Assembly (NCBI GenBank): GCA_036675475.1
Contig: JAKFEY010000002.1
Coordinates: 4,459-68,458 of the forward strand
Origin: Vicinamibacterales bacterium
Lineage (GTDB): Bacteria > Acidobacteriota > Vicinamibacteria > Vicinamibacterales > SCN-69-37
Direction of reading: 5' to 3'
Length of the DNA stretch: 64,000 nt
The position numbers were made by a program, and so were the translations under genes. Under the pieces are notes generated by a model that searched no databases, was not told the DNA's origin, and was given only the letters and a program-made list of their open reading frames with translations. Of this stretch, positions 40,698 to 50,194 are shown piece after piece (the first letter of the stretch is position 1; every line of letters starts with the position of its first letter).

Positions 40698-41258
40698 GTG
40701 ACTGATATGCAGCTCGATCTGACCCGATTCCGCGAAGCGGAGACCCCGTTCGCCCGGCAGCTCGAGCCCGGGGAGCTGGCCGCCGAAGGCGATCCGTTCC
40801 GCATCGTGGAGCCGGTCGCGCTCGTCATGACCGTCCGCAAGGACGATGACATGTACAAGCTCGAGGGGCGGATTCGTGCGTCGCTCGAGCTGGCGTGCAG
40901 CCGGTGTCTCGAGCCGTTCACGTTCAGCGTCGACGCGCCGTTCGATCTGCGGTATCTGCCGCAGCACATGAACATGAGCGCCGGCGGCGGCGAGGACGGC
41001 GGCGAGGACGACTCGGAAGGCGCCGAGGTGGGCGGCGACGATTTGACGACCGCGTTCTACCGCGACGATCAGATCGATCTGTCTCACCTGGTGCGCGAGC
41101 AGCTGTATCTCGCGCTGCCCATGAAACCGCTGCACCGTGACGACTGCAAGGGCCTGTGCCCGAGCTGCGGCGCGAATTTGAACGAGACGACGTGCGGCTG
41201 CCAGGCCGAGTGGGAAGACCCCCGGCTGGCGCCGCTCAAGGCCCTGAAAAAGACGTAG
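40698..41258 (+). CDS. yceD: DUF177/YceD protein
   Basis: C.RCL, REQ..L..P.KPL...DCKGLCP.CG.NLN, DPRLA.L; precedes rpmF. Confidence 0.9.
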   Translation: MTDMQLDLTRFREAETPFARQLEPGELAAEGDPFRIVEPVALVMTVRKDDDMYKLEGRIRASLELACSRCLEPFTFSVDAPFDLRYLPQHMNMSAGGGEDGGEDDSEGAEVGGDDLTTAFYRDDQIDLSHLVREQLYLALPMKPLHRDDCKGLCPSCGANLNETTCGCQAEWEDPRLAPLKALKKT

Positions 41259-41267
41259 AAGACAATC

Positions 41268-41450
41268 ATGCCGAATCCCAAGAGACGCCATTCCAAGACG
41301 CGCACGGCCAAGCGCCGCACGCACGATGCCCTGACGGCGCAGTCGATGAGCGAGTGCCCGCAGTGTCACGAGCGCAAGCTCCCGCATCAGGTCTGCCCGC
41401 ACTGCGGTTTCTACCGCGGGCGGCAGGTGCGAGCGACCAGCGAAGACTAG
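41268..41450 (+). CDS. rpmF: 50S ribosomal protein L32
   Basis: PKRRHSK.R...RR.H, CPQC..KLPH.VC..CG.Y. Confidence 0.96.
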   Translation: MPNPKRRHSKTRTAKRRTHDALTAQSMSECPQCHERKLPHQVCPHCGFYRGRQVRATSED

Positions 41451-42482
41451 GTGGTCACCCGAATCGCCGTTGACGCGATGGGCGGCGATCTGGCGCCGCG
41501 CACGGTCGTTGACGGCGCGGTGCTGGCGGCGCGGCGGCTCGACGCGGGCGTGACGCTCGTGGGCGACGAGGCGGCGATCGAGCGCGAGCTCGAGCGGCAC
41601 CTCGATCGCGCGGCGCTCGACCTGACGGTGGTGCACACGCCCGACCGCGTGGCGATGGACGAGTCGCCGATGCAGGCGCTCAGACGCAAGCCGCGGGCCT
41701 CGGTGAAGGTGGCGGCGGAGCTGGTCGCGGCCGGCGAGGCGGCGGCGCTCTTCAGCGCCGGGCATACCGGCGCGACGGTGATGGCGGCGCATGGCGCGTT
41801 CGGCATGTTGCCGGGGATCGATCGGCCGGCGCTGGCGGCCACGCTGCCGGCGCAGGGCGCGCGGCGCGACGGCTCGCCGTCACGCGGCGTGATCCTGCTC
41901 GACTCGGGCGCCAGCGTCGAATGCCGGCCCCAGCACCTGGTGCAGTTCGCGCTGATGGGCGCGGCGTTCGCGCGCGCGGCCCTCGACGTGGCGAACCCGC
42001 GGGTGGGCCTGCTGTCGATTGGCGAGGAAGCGGGGAAGGGCAACGAGCTGACGCGCGAGGCGCACCAGCTGCTGCTGGCGGCCCCGGTGGCGTTTGCCGG
42101 CAACATCGAGGCGGGCGAGCTCTATTCGGGATCGGCCGACGTGGTCGTCTGCGACGGGTTTACGGGCAACATCGCGCTGAAAGTGAGCGAAGGGCTCGTC
42201 GAGACGGTTGAAGGGATGCTGCGCGAGGAATTGTCGCAGACGCTCGGCACGCGGCTTGGATGGCTGCTGTCGCGGCGCGCGTTTCGCAATTTCCGGCGCC
42301 GGGTCGACTACGCCGAATATGGCGGCGCGCCGCTGCTGGGCGTGGCGGGCCTGACCGTGGTGGGACATGGACGCTCGTCGGCCAAGGCCGTGCGCAGCGC
42401 GATTCTGATGGCGGCCCGGTTGGCCTCCGCGGGATTCATCGAGAAGCTGAAGGTGGAGGCGAGTGCCCGACAGGCGTCCTGA
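41451..42482 (+). CDS. plsX: Phosphate acyltransferase PlsX
   Basis: IAVDAMGGD, SAG.TGA, DRPAL, GEE..KG, VCDGF.GN..LK..EG, GGA.LLG, HG.S. Confidence 0.95.
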   Translation: MVTRIAVDAMGGDLAPRTVVDGAVLAARRLDAGVTLVGDEAAIERELERHLDRAALDLTVVHTPDRVAMDESPMQALRRKPRASVKVAAELVAAGEAAALFSAGHTGATVMAAHGAFGMLPGIDRPALAATLPAQGARRDGSPSRGVILLDSGASVECRPQHLVQFALMGAAFARAALDVANPRVGLLSIGEEAGKGNELTREAHQLLLAAPVAFAGNIEAGELYSGSADVVVCDGFTGNIALKVSEGLVETVEGMLREELSQTLGTRLGWLLSRRAFRNFRRRVDYAEYGGAPLLGVAGLTVVGHGRSSAKAVRSAILMAARLASAGFIEKLKVEASARQAS

Positions 42483-42492
42483 CAGCGGGTTG

Positions 42493-43224
42493 ATGCTGAC
42501 CGATCGCGTGGCGATCGTGACCGGCGCGTCGCGCGGCATCGGGCGCGCGGTGGCGATGATGCTGGCCTCGCGCGGCGCGCACGTGATTGCGGCGGCCCGC
42601 GGCGACAACGCGCGCGAGACGGCCGACGCCATTGCGGCGGCCGGCGGCACGGTCACGGCCGTGAGCGTCGACGTGACGGACGCGGCCGCGGTGGACGGCA
42701 TGGTTGCGGCGGCTCAGCAGGCCGGCGGTGTGGACATTCTCGTCAACAATGCCGGCATTACGCGCGATCAGCTTATGCTTCGTATGAAGCGTGAGGACTG
42801 GGACGCCGTGCTGGCCACCAACCTCACGGCGGCGTTCACGACGTCGCAGGCCGTGCTGCGGCCCATGATCAAGCAGCGGCGCGGGCGCATCGTGAACATC
42901 ACCTCGGTGGTGGGGCAGTCGGGCAACGCGGGCCAGGCGAACTATGCGGCCTCGAAAGCGGGGCTGATCGGGTTCACCAAGGCGCTGGCGCAGGAAGTGG
43001 CGTCGCGCAACGTCACGGTGAACGCGGTGGCGCCGGGCCTGATCGAGACGGACATGACGCGCGCGATTGCCGGCGGCGCGCATCAGGCCTGGGCGGAGAA
43101 GATTCCCCTGGGCCGGCTGGGGACGCCGGACGACATCGCCGCGGCAGTGTGCTTTCTTGCCTCGGACGAGGCAGCGTATATTACGGGACACGTGCTCGCC
43201 GTCAACGGCGGCATGTACATGTAG
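42493..43224 (+). CDS. fabG: 3-oxoacyl-ACP reductase
   Basis: [29 protein letters not shown]. Confidence 0.95.
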   Translation: MLTDRVAIVTGASRGIGRAVAMMLASRGAHVIAAARGDNARETADAIAAAGGTVTAVSVDVTDAAAVDGMVAAAQQAGGVDILVNNAGITRDQLMLRMKREDWDAVLATNLTAAFTTSQAVLRPMIKQRRGRIVNITSVVGQSGNAGQANYAASKAGLIGFTKALAQEVASRNVTVNAVAPGLIETDMTRAIAGGAHQAWAEKIPLGRLGTPDDIAAAVCFLASDEAAYITGHVLAVNGGMYM

Positions 43225-43235
43225 GGGGAGATGAC

Positions 43236-43478
43236 ATGGCGGTAGCGGACAAGGTCAAGAGCATCATCGTCGAGCAGCTCGGCGTGGACGAAGAAGAAGT
43301 CACGCCGGATGCGTCGTTTGTCGACGATCTCGGCGCGGATTCTCTGGACACCGTCGAGCTGGTGATGGCGTTCGAAGAGGAGTTCGGCATCGAAATTCCG
43401 GACGAGGACGCCGAGAAGATCACCCGCGTGAAGGAAGCCGTCGAGTACATCGAGGCGCACGCGAAGAACAAGAAGTAG
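43236..43478 (+). CDS. acpP: Acyl carrier protein
   Basis: [20 protein letters not shown]. Confidence 0.97.
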   Translation: MAVADKVKSIIVEQLGVDEEEVTPDASFVDDLGADSLDTVELVMAFEEEFGIEIPDEDAEKITRVKEAVEYIEAHAKNKK

Positions 43479-43500
43479 CCCGGCTCGCGGAATCGCATTG

Positions 43501-44742
43501 ATGTCCAGGCGAGTTGTTCTGACCGGCGTCGGGCTCGTGAGCCCGCTCGGCGTCGGCACGCGGGCCAATTGGGAGGCGCTGCTGGCGGGCCGCAGCGGTA
43601 TCGGCCCCATCACGCGCTTCGATGCGTCGCAGTTCGCGGCGCGCATCGCCGGCGAGGTGAAGGGCTTCGATCCGCTGCAGTTCATGGAGAAGAAAGATGT
43701 CAAGAAGATGGACATCTTCATCCAGTTCGCGGTGGCGGCCTCGCAGTTTGCCATGGATGATGCCGGGCTGACCGTCACGCCCGACATCGCCGATCACGTC
43801 GGCGTGTTCATCGCGTCGGGCATCGGCGGCTTCACGACCATCGAGCGCGAGCACCACGAGCTGATCAAGGGCGGCCCGCGCCGCATTTCTCCGTTCTTCA
43901 TCCCCGCGTCCATCATCAATCTCGCGGCCGGGCAGGTGTCGATCCGCTTCGGCGCGCGCGGCCCGAACCTGGCCACGTGCACGGCCTGCACGGCGTCGGC
44001 GCACGCGGTGGGCGAGGCCTACGAAATCATCAAGCGCGGCGACGCCGACGTGATGATCGCCGGCGGATCCGAGGCGGCCATCACCGAGATGGGCGTGGGC
44101 GGCTTCGCGGCCATGCGCGCGCTGTCGACGCGCAACGACGAACCCGAGCGCGCCAGCCGGCCGTTCGACAAGGACCGCGACGGCTTCGTCATGGGCGAAG
44201 GATCCGGCATCGTCATTCTCGAGGAGCTCGAGATGGCGAAAACGCGCGGCGCCACGATCTACGCGGAGCTGGTGGGCTACGGCCTGACTTCCGACGCGTA
44301 CCACCTGACCGGCCAGCCCGAAGAGGCGCATGGCGCCGTGCGATCGATGCGCATGGCCATCCGCAAGGCGGGCATCGACGCGGGGCAGATCGATTACATC
44401 AACGCGCACGGCACCTCGACGCCGATCAACGACCCCACCGAGACGCTGGCGGTCAAGACGGTGATGGGCGACCACGCGACACAGGTGGCGATGTCGTCGA
44501 CCAAGTCGATGACCGGGCACCTGCTCGGCGCCGCCGGCGGCCTCGAGGCGGGCATCGTCGCGCTGGCGGTAAAACATCAGATCGCGCCGCCGACCATCAA
44601 CCTCGAGCATCCGGACGAGCTCTGCGACCTGGATTACGTGCCCAATGCGAGCCGCGCGATGAAGATCGACTACGCGCTGTCGAACTCCTTCGGCTTCGGC
44701 GGCACCAACGGCACCCTGTTGCTGAAGAAGTACGACGCATGA
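43501..44742 (+). CDS. fabF: 3-oxoacyl-ACP synthase II
   Basis: TACT, NAHGTST, KSMTGHLLGAAG, SNSFGFGG. Confidence 0.96.
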   Translation: MSRRVVLTGVGLVSPLGVGTRANWEALLAGRSGIGPITRFDASQFAARIAGEVKGFDPLQFMEKKDVKKMDIFIQFAVAASQFAMDDAGLTVTPDIADHVGVFIASGIGGFTTIEREHHELIKGGPRRISPFFIPASIINLAAGQVSIRFGARGPNLATCTACTASAHAVGEAYEIIKRGDADVMIAGGSEAAITEMGVGGFAAMRALSTRNDEPERASRPFDKDRDGFVMGEGSGIVILEELEMAKTRGATIYAELVGYGLTSDAYHLTGQPEEAHGAVRSMRMAIRKAGIDAGQIDYINAHGTSTPINDPTETLAVKTVMGDHATQVAMSSTKSMTGHLLGAAGGLEAGIVALAVKHQIAPPTINLEHPDELCDLDYVPNASRAMKIDYALSNSFGFGGTNGTLLLKKYDA

Positions 44743-45500
44743 AAATCGCCGTGTGCATCAAGCAGGTCGTCACGCGCGAGTGGCAGTTGCGCGTCAATGA
44801 CAACAAGACCTGGATTCGCGATCAGGACGCGAGCTGGGAGCCCAACGAGCCCGACGCCTATGCGCTCGAGGAGGCGCTGCGCCTCAAGGAGAAGCACGGC
44901 GGCGAAGTGATCGTGGTGTCGGCCGGGCCGGCGCGCGTGCAGCAGGCGATTCGCGACGCGCTCGCGCGCGGCGCCGACCGCGCGCTGCACATCGAAGACG
45001 ACCACCTCGCGGTGGCTGACGCGTTCGGCGTGGCCGGCGCGCTGGCGGCGGCGTTGAAGGATGAGCAGGTGGACCTGGTGCTCACGGGCCTGCAGTCCGA
45101 CGATCAGGGCTTCGCGTCGGTCGGCGTGATTCTGGCCGAGAAGCTGGGCCTGCCGCACGCGACCATCATCATGGAGGTGGAGGCGACCGGACCCGCGCTG
45201 CGCGTGAAGCGCGAGCTCGAGGCCGGCTGGTTCCAGTGGGTGTCCATGCCGCTGCCCGCGGTGCTGACGATTCAGAGCGGCATCAATCAGCTGCGGTACG
45301 CCACGCTCAAGGGCATCATGGCGGCCAAGAAGAAGGAAATCAGGAAGATCGCGTCGCCCGGCGCCGGCGAAGGCAAGCAGGAAGTCGTCAGCGTGTACTT
45401 TCCCGAGAAGGGCAAGAAGACGCAGATGATTCCGGGCAGCCCGGCCGAAGCCGCCGCGGAGCTCGTCAAGAAGCTGCGCGAGGACGCCCGTGTTATCTAG
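44739..45500 (+). CDS. etfB: Electron transfer flavoprotein beta subunit
   Basis: MKI.VCIKQV, D.YALEEALRL, RELE.G, RYATLKGIM.AKKK. Confidence 0.92.
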   Translation: MKIAVCIKQVVTREWQLRVNDNKTWIRDQDASWEPNEPDAYALEEALRLKEKHGGEVIVVSAGPARVQQAIRDALARGADRALHIEDDHLAVADAFGVAGALAAALKDEQVDLVLTGLQSDDQGFASVGVILAEKLGLPHATIIMEVEATGPALRVKRELEAGWFQWVSMPLPAVLTIQSGINQLRYATLKGIMAAKKKEIRKIASPGAGEGKQEVVSVYFPEKGKKTQMIPGSPAEAAAELVKKLREDARVI

Positions 45501-45534
45501 ATTAGCCGCGAGGGCCTCGGCCCGAGTGGCTCAT

Positions 45535-45566
45535 GCCTGTGGCCTGGGGCCTGGGGCCTGGAGCCT
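45535..45566. repeat. Heptamer array GCCTGGG x about 4.5
   Basis: gcctgtg gcctggg gcctggg gcctgga gcct. Confidence 0.8.
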
Positions 45567-45569
45567 GTC

Positions 45570-46526
45570 ATGATTCTGGTCGTTGCGGAACAGCGCGAGG
45601 GCGCGCTCAATCGGGCGAGCTGGGAAGCCATTGCGGCCGCGCAGGCCGTGGGCGAGCCCGTCACGGGTGTCGTCGTGGGCGCGGGCGTCGCCGGCGCGGC
45701 GCAGGAGCTCGCGGCGGCCGATGTCGCCGAAGTGATCGCGCTCGAGCACGACGCGCTCGGCATGTACACGCCCGACGGCTTCGTCGCCGCGCTCGAGGCA
45801 CTGGTCGCGGCCGAGCAGCCGTCGCTCGTGTTCTTCGCGCACACCTATCAGACGCGCGATTTCGCGCCGAAACTTGCCGCCCGCCTCGATCGCGCGCTCA
45901 TCGTCGACGTCACGGGCGTCAAGGGCAGCGGCGCGGATCGGCTGTACGTGCGGCCGGTGTTCCAGGGCAAGCTCACGGCCGACGTGCGCGCCACGGGCCC
46001 GGCGCCGCACCTGATCTCGTTCCAGATTGGCGCCTATCGCGGCGACGCCGTGAAGAAGGGCAGCGGCGCGCCGGTGCGCCGCGTGGCCGCCGCGATCGAC
46101 GCGCCGGCGATCCGGCAGAAGCCGGAAGCGCCGTTCAAGGAAGCGAAGCAGGCCGTGGATCTGTCGCAGGCCGAGCGGATCGTCGCCGTCGGGCGCGGCA
46201 TCAAGGGGCAGGAGCATCTCGCCGTGGCCGAAGGGCTCGCGACAGCGCTCGGCGCCGAAATCGCCGCGTCGCGCCCCATCTGCGACAACGGCTGGCTGCC
46301 GATGGACCGGCAGATCGGCAGCTCGGGCCAGACTGTCGCGCCGAAGCTCTACGTCGCGCTCGGCATCTCCGGCGCGATTCAGCATCTGGTCGGCATGAAG
46401 GGATCGCGCACCATCGTCGCCATCAACAAGGATCCGGAAGCGCCGATCTTCGAGGTGGCCGACTACGGCATTGCCGGCGATCTGTTCGAGGTCGTGCCGG
46501 CGCTGGTCGCGGAGCTCCAGAAGTAG
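45570..46526 (+). CDS. etfA: Electron transfer flavoprotein alpha subunit
   Basis: QIGSSG.TVAPKLY.A.GISGAIQH..GM, AINKD..APIF..ADYG. Confidence 0.95.
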   Translation: MILVVAEQREGALNRASWEAIAAAQAVGEPVTGVVVGAGVAGAAQELAAADVAEVIALEHDALGMYTPDGFVAALEALVAAEQPSLVFFAHTYQTRDFAPKLAARLDRALIVDVTGVKGSGADRLYVRPVFQGKLTADVRATGPAPHLISFQIGAYRGDAVKKGSGAPVRRVAAAIDAPAIRQKPEAPFKEAKQAVDLSQAERIVAVGRGIKGQEHLAVAEGLATALGAEIAASRPICDNGWLPMDRQIGSSGQTVAPKLYVALGISGAIQHLVGMKGSRTIVAINKDPEAPIFEVADYGIAGDLFEVVPALVAELQK

Positions 46527-48188
46527 ATGCGTGAAACCCTCGACGTCGACATTCTGATCGTCGGCGGCGGGCCGGCGGGGATGTCGGCGGCGCTGCGGCT
46601 CTCGCAGCTGCAGCAGCAGACGGGCGGCGAGCCGCTCGCGATTGCCGTGCTCGACAAGGCGCGCGAGGCCGGCGCGCACATGCTGTCGGGCGCCGTGCTC
46701 GATCCGTCCGCGCTCAGGCAGCTCATTCCCGACTTCGAGGCCAAGGGCGCGCCGCTGGCCTCGCCCGTGCTGCGCGACGAAGTGTACTTCCTCACCGAGT
46801 CCTCGAAACTCAAGTTCCCGATCACGCCGCCGCCGATGAACAATCACGGCAACTACATCATCTCGCTCAGCAAGTTCGTGAAGTGGCTGGGCGCGGAGGT
46901 GGAGGCCGCGGGCGTCGATGTCTTCGCGGGCTTCGCGGCGTCGGAAGTGCTCTACGACGGCGCCACCGTGGTGGGCGTGCGCACGGGCGATCGCGGCGTG
47001 GGCCGGCACGGCGAGAAGAAGGCGACCTTCGAGCCGGGCGTCGACATCCGCGCGAAGGTCACCATCTTCTGCGACGGCGTGCGCGGCAATCTCACGAAGT
47101 CGCTGATCCGCGCGCTGGCGCTCGACGAGGGCCGGCAGCCGCAGATGTACGCCATCGGCATCAAGGAGCTGTGGGAGGTGCCGAGCGGCCGTCTCAAGGC
47201 CGGCACCGTCATTCACACGATGGGCTACCCGCTGCGCCAGGAGGAATTCGGCGGCATGTTCCTCTATGCGCTCGAAGACGGCCTCGTGTCGACCGGGCTG
47301 GTGACGGGTCTCGACTACAAGGACCCGATGTTCGATCCGCATCTGGCCTTCCAGCGCGCGAAGCAGCATGCGCTGTTCGCGGACATCCTGCAGGGCGGCA
47401 CGCTCGTGCGCTACGGCGCGAAGGCGCTGCCCGAAGGCGGCTGGCACACGGTGCCGCGCGTGCACATGGACGGCGCGCTGATCGCGGGCGACGCGGGCGC
47501 CTTCGTCAACTCGATGCGCCTGAAGGGCATTCACCTGGCGATGCGCACGGGCATGCTCGCGGCCGAGACGGCGTTCGATGCCGTGCGCGCCGGCGACGTG
47601 TCGGCAGGGAAGCTGGCCGCGTATCAGCAGAAGATTGATGCGAGCGAGGTGCGCACCGAGCTCTATCCGGTGCGCAACGTGCACCAGTCGTTCGAACACG
47701 GCCTGCTGCCCGGCCTGATGTACTCGGGCCTGTCGCTCGTCACCAACGGCTGGTGGGTGAACGATCCGATGCCCTCGCATCCCGGCTACGAGCGGATGCA
47801 GACGCTGGCCGGCTACTACGGCGCCGCGACGCCCGATCCCGACACGCCGGTGCGTCCGGTGAAGATCGACCGCGCGCTCACGTTCGACAAGCTCACCAAC
47901 GTGCACTACTCGGGCACGCGCCACGCCGAAGATCAGCCGTCGCACCTCATCGTGCACGACACGGACATCTGCCGCACGCGCTGCCGCGAGGAGTACGGCA
48001 ACCCCTGCACGAAATTCTGCCCGGCCAACGTCTACGAGATGGTGGACGATGGGCAGAAGGGGAAGAAGCTGCAGATCAACGCGTCGAACTGCGTGCACTG
48101 CAAGACGTGCGACATCATGGATCCCTACCAGGTGATCGACTGGGTGCCGCCCGAAGGCGGCGAAGGACCCTCCTACGAAGGAATGTAG
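46527..48188 (+). CDS. ETF:quinone oxidoreductase
   Basis: GGGPAG, LSGA, GIKELW, KGIH.AM..G, CPA.VYE, NC.HCKTCDI. Confidence 0.93.
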   Translation: MRETLDVDILIVGGGPAGMSAALRLSQLQQQTGGEPLAIAVLDKAREAGAHMLSGAVLDPSALRQLIPDFEAKGAPLASPVLRDEVYFLTESSKLKFPITPPPMNNHGNYIISLSKFVKWLGAEVEAAGVDVFAGFAASEVLYDGATVVGVRTGDRGVGRHGEKKATFEPGVDIRAKVTIFCDGVRGNLTKSLIRALALDEGRQPQMYAIGIKELWEVPSGRLKAGTVIHTMGYPLRQEEFGGMFLYALEDGLVSTGLVTGLDYKDPMFDPHLAFQRAKQHALFADILQGGTLVRYGAKALPEGGWHTVPRVHMDGALIAGDAGAFVNSMRLKGIHLAMRTGMLAAETAFDAVRAGDVSAGKLAAYQQKIDASEVRTELYPVRNVHQSFEHGLLPGLMYSGLSLVTNGWWVNDPMPSHPGYERMQTLAGYYGAATPDPDTPVRPVKIDRALTFDKLTNVHYSGTRHAEDQPSHLIVHDTDICRTRCREEYGNPCTKFCPANVYEMVDDGQKGKKLQINASNCVHCKTCDIMDPYQVIDWVPPEGGEGPSYEGM

Positions 48189-48854
48189 GTGTTGAGTCGC
48201 GGCGACCGGCTCAAGGCCGCGGCAATAGCGGCGTTCGCCGCTCCGGTCGTCGGCGCGCTGGGGCGCACGTATCGCTGGGTTGAAGACGGCGCCGAACATC
48301 TGAAGGCGCTCGACGCTGCGGGCACCGCGCCCATCCTCGCCTTGTGGCACGGCCGCATTCTTCCCGCCACCCTCTACTTCCGCGATCGCGGCGTCGTCGC
48401 GATGACCTCGCAGAACTTCGACGGCGAATGGATCGCGCGGCTGATGCGGCGGTTCGGATACGCGCAGGCGCGCGGATCGACGTCGCGCGGCGGATCGCGC
48501 GCATTGATCGCGATGAAGCGCGCGATCGACGAGGGCCGCACCGTGGCGTTCACGGTGGACGGACCGCGCGGGCCCGCGAAGGTGGCGCAGCCGGGCGCGG
48601 TGTGGCTCGCCGGCGCGACAGGCCATCCGATTCTGCCGTTCCACATCGAGGCCTCGTCGCACTGGACGGCCCGCAGCTGGGACGCCACGCAGGTGCCGAA
48701 GCCGCGCGCGACGTTGGCGATCGCGATCGGCGCGCCGCTGCACGTGCCGCCGGAGCTGGACGCACAGGCGCTCGAAGCACATCGAGAGGCGTTGCAGGCG
48801 GCGCTTTCCGGCCTGGAAATGCGCGCATTGCAGATTCTGCAACACCCACATTGA
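48189..48854 (+). CDS. DUF374 / lysophospholipid acyltransferase-family protein
   Basis: WH.R, S...DGE, RGS.SRGG, DGPRGP, SWD....P.P. Confidence 0.85.
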   Translation: MLSRGDRLKAAAIAAFAAPVVGALGRTYRWVEDGAEHLKALDAAGTAPILALWHGRILPATLYFRDRGVVAMTSQNFDGEWIARLMRRFGYAQARGSTSRGGSRALIAMKRAIDEGRTVAFTVDGPRGPAKVAQPGAVWLAGATGHPILPFHIEASSHWTARSWDATQVPKPRATLAIAIGAPLHVPPELDAQALEAHREALQAALSGLEMRALQILQHPH

Positions 48855-48904
48855 CCCGCTAAAGGTGCTGCTTTATTCTCTGGAAGAACTTTAGGTTCCA
48901 GAGA
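48851..48904 (+). promoter_or_regulatory. Sigma70 promoter with overlapping inverted-repeat operator
   Basis: TTGACC-N17-TATTCT; TCTCTGGAA-N10-TTCCAGAGA at 48877-48904. Confidence 0.65.
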
Positions 48905-48907
48905 CAT

Positions 48908-49789
48908 ATGCGCCATGCTGTGTCGTTCGGCTTCGGGCCGTCAGGCGCGCGTTCGGGATCGCTGGTGGTGTGCGAGCCCGACGAGTACTTCGTTCCTCAT
49001 TTCAATCCCCGTGTGCTGCTGGTCGACGATGATGTGGCGTCGCTCGAGACGTGGGCGCTGCTGCTGGCGGATGCGGGGGTGCGGGTGCAGGTGGCGCCTG
49101 GCGCTGATGCGTGCCTGCGCGCGCTGGGCGAGAGCGCGTATGATCTGGTCGTCATCGACCTGCGGCTGGGCGGCGACAATGGCCTCGACGTCATGCGGCG
49201 GCTGCGCGCGCGTGGCGATCTGACGCCGTTCATTCTGGCCACCGGGCACGCGTCGGTGTCGGTGACGGTGGAGGCCATGCGGCTGGGCGCGCGTACCGTG
49301 CTCGAGAAGCCGCTGATTGGCGACGATTTCCTGGCGCCGGTGCTGCGCGAATTGCGGGCGATGGATGCGGCCGCGCGCGCGCCGGTGGATCCGGGTGCGG
49401 GGTTGTCGGCGGGGCATCGCTGGGCGCGCTATGTGCTCGACGCGTCGCGCGCGGCCGACGACCCGCGGACGCTGGCCGACTGGGCACGTGCGGCGGGCAC
49501 GAGCCGGTCGGCGCTGATTGAAGTGTGCGCGCGGCTCGACATCAATCCGCGCGACGCGCGGGATCTTGCGCGCGTGCTGCGCCTCGTGCGCCGTGTGTCG
49601 GAGCGCTGGGATCCGGAGGCGTCGCTCGACGTCGCCGATCGCCGCACCCTTCGCCGTCTTCTTGTTCGTGCCGGGCTTGGCGCCACTCCCCAGGGCGCCC
49701 GGCCCACGCCGGAGCAGTTTCTCGCGATGCAGCGGTTCGTTCCCCAGACGAACGCGGCGCTCGCGATACTCCGGCAGCTGGTGGGGTAG
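48908..49789 (+). CDS. Response regulator: REC domain plus unclassified HTH-like output domain; start uncertain
   Basis: VLLVDDD, VIDLRL..NGLD, .TG, KP; C-terminal LADWARAAGTSRSAL. Confidence 0.8.
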   Translation: MRHAVSFGFGPSGARSGSLVVCEPDEYFVPHFNPRVLLVDDDVASLETWALLLADAGVRVQVAPGADACLRALGESAYDLVVIDLRLGGDNGLDVMRRLRARGDLTPFILATGHASVSVTVEAMRLGARTVLEKPLIGDDFLAPVLRELRAMDAAARAPVDPGAGLSAGHRWARYVLDASRAADDPRTLADWARAAGTSRSALIEVCARLDINPRDARDLARVLRLVRRVSERWDPEASLDVADRRTLRRLLVRAGLGATPQGARPTPEQFLAMQRFVPQTNAALAILRQLVG

Positions 49790-49809
49790 CGCAGGCCTTC
49801 AGGCCTGCG
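49786..49809 (+). repeat. GTAG-REP-like palindrome
   Basis: GTAG cgcaggcct-tc-aggcctgcg. Confidence 0.75.
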
Positions 49810-49944
49810 GCGGGTAGAGACTACCCCACATTTTTCCGCGCGATTTTACGTACGAAATTACGGGCGATTTTGTCTGTGCTCAACCACGGTGGCGCCGTAG
49901 GCTCTCTGCGAAGCGATGACGCTTCACCCTGATGGGAGAGTGCG

Positions 49945-50172
49945 ATGAATAGAAGGAAAGTCCTGGCAGCCGTGACGCTGGCCGCGATTCTGTCATTCCC
50001 GGCCGCCACCACGGAGATCAAGGCTCTGCACGGGATGCCCGCCGCGCAGTGGACGTATTTCCTCGAAATGGACGCCGAGGAAGCGCTCATCGTCGGTGTC
50101 GGTGGAGCGGTGATGTGCAGCTTCATTCCGGGCATCGGCAGCGTCGCCTGCGGCGTCGCGGGCGCGTTCTAG
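49945..50172 (+). CDS. 75-aa candidate bacteriocin/RiPP precursor
   Basis: GGGAGAG RBS; signal-like leader; Gly/Ala-rich hydrophobic core with 2 Cys ending in Phe; first gene of a SpoIIM/ABC/Yip1 operon. Confidence 0.7.
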   Translation: MNRRKVLAAVTLAAILSFPAATTEIKALHGMPAAQWTYFLEMDAEEALIVGVGGAVMCSFIPGIGSVACGVAGAF

Positions 50173-50194
50173 CGCACATGGGAGGGAGCGCGAC

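Noticed and set aside
45531-48851. 1106-aa minus-strand ORF and other long antisense ORFs (for example 21341-23377, 55022-56980, 13562-15241)
   Set aside because: Shadow frames of well-supported + strand genes in high-GC DNA; no recognisable motifs
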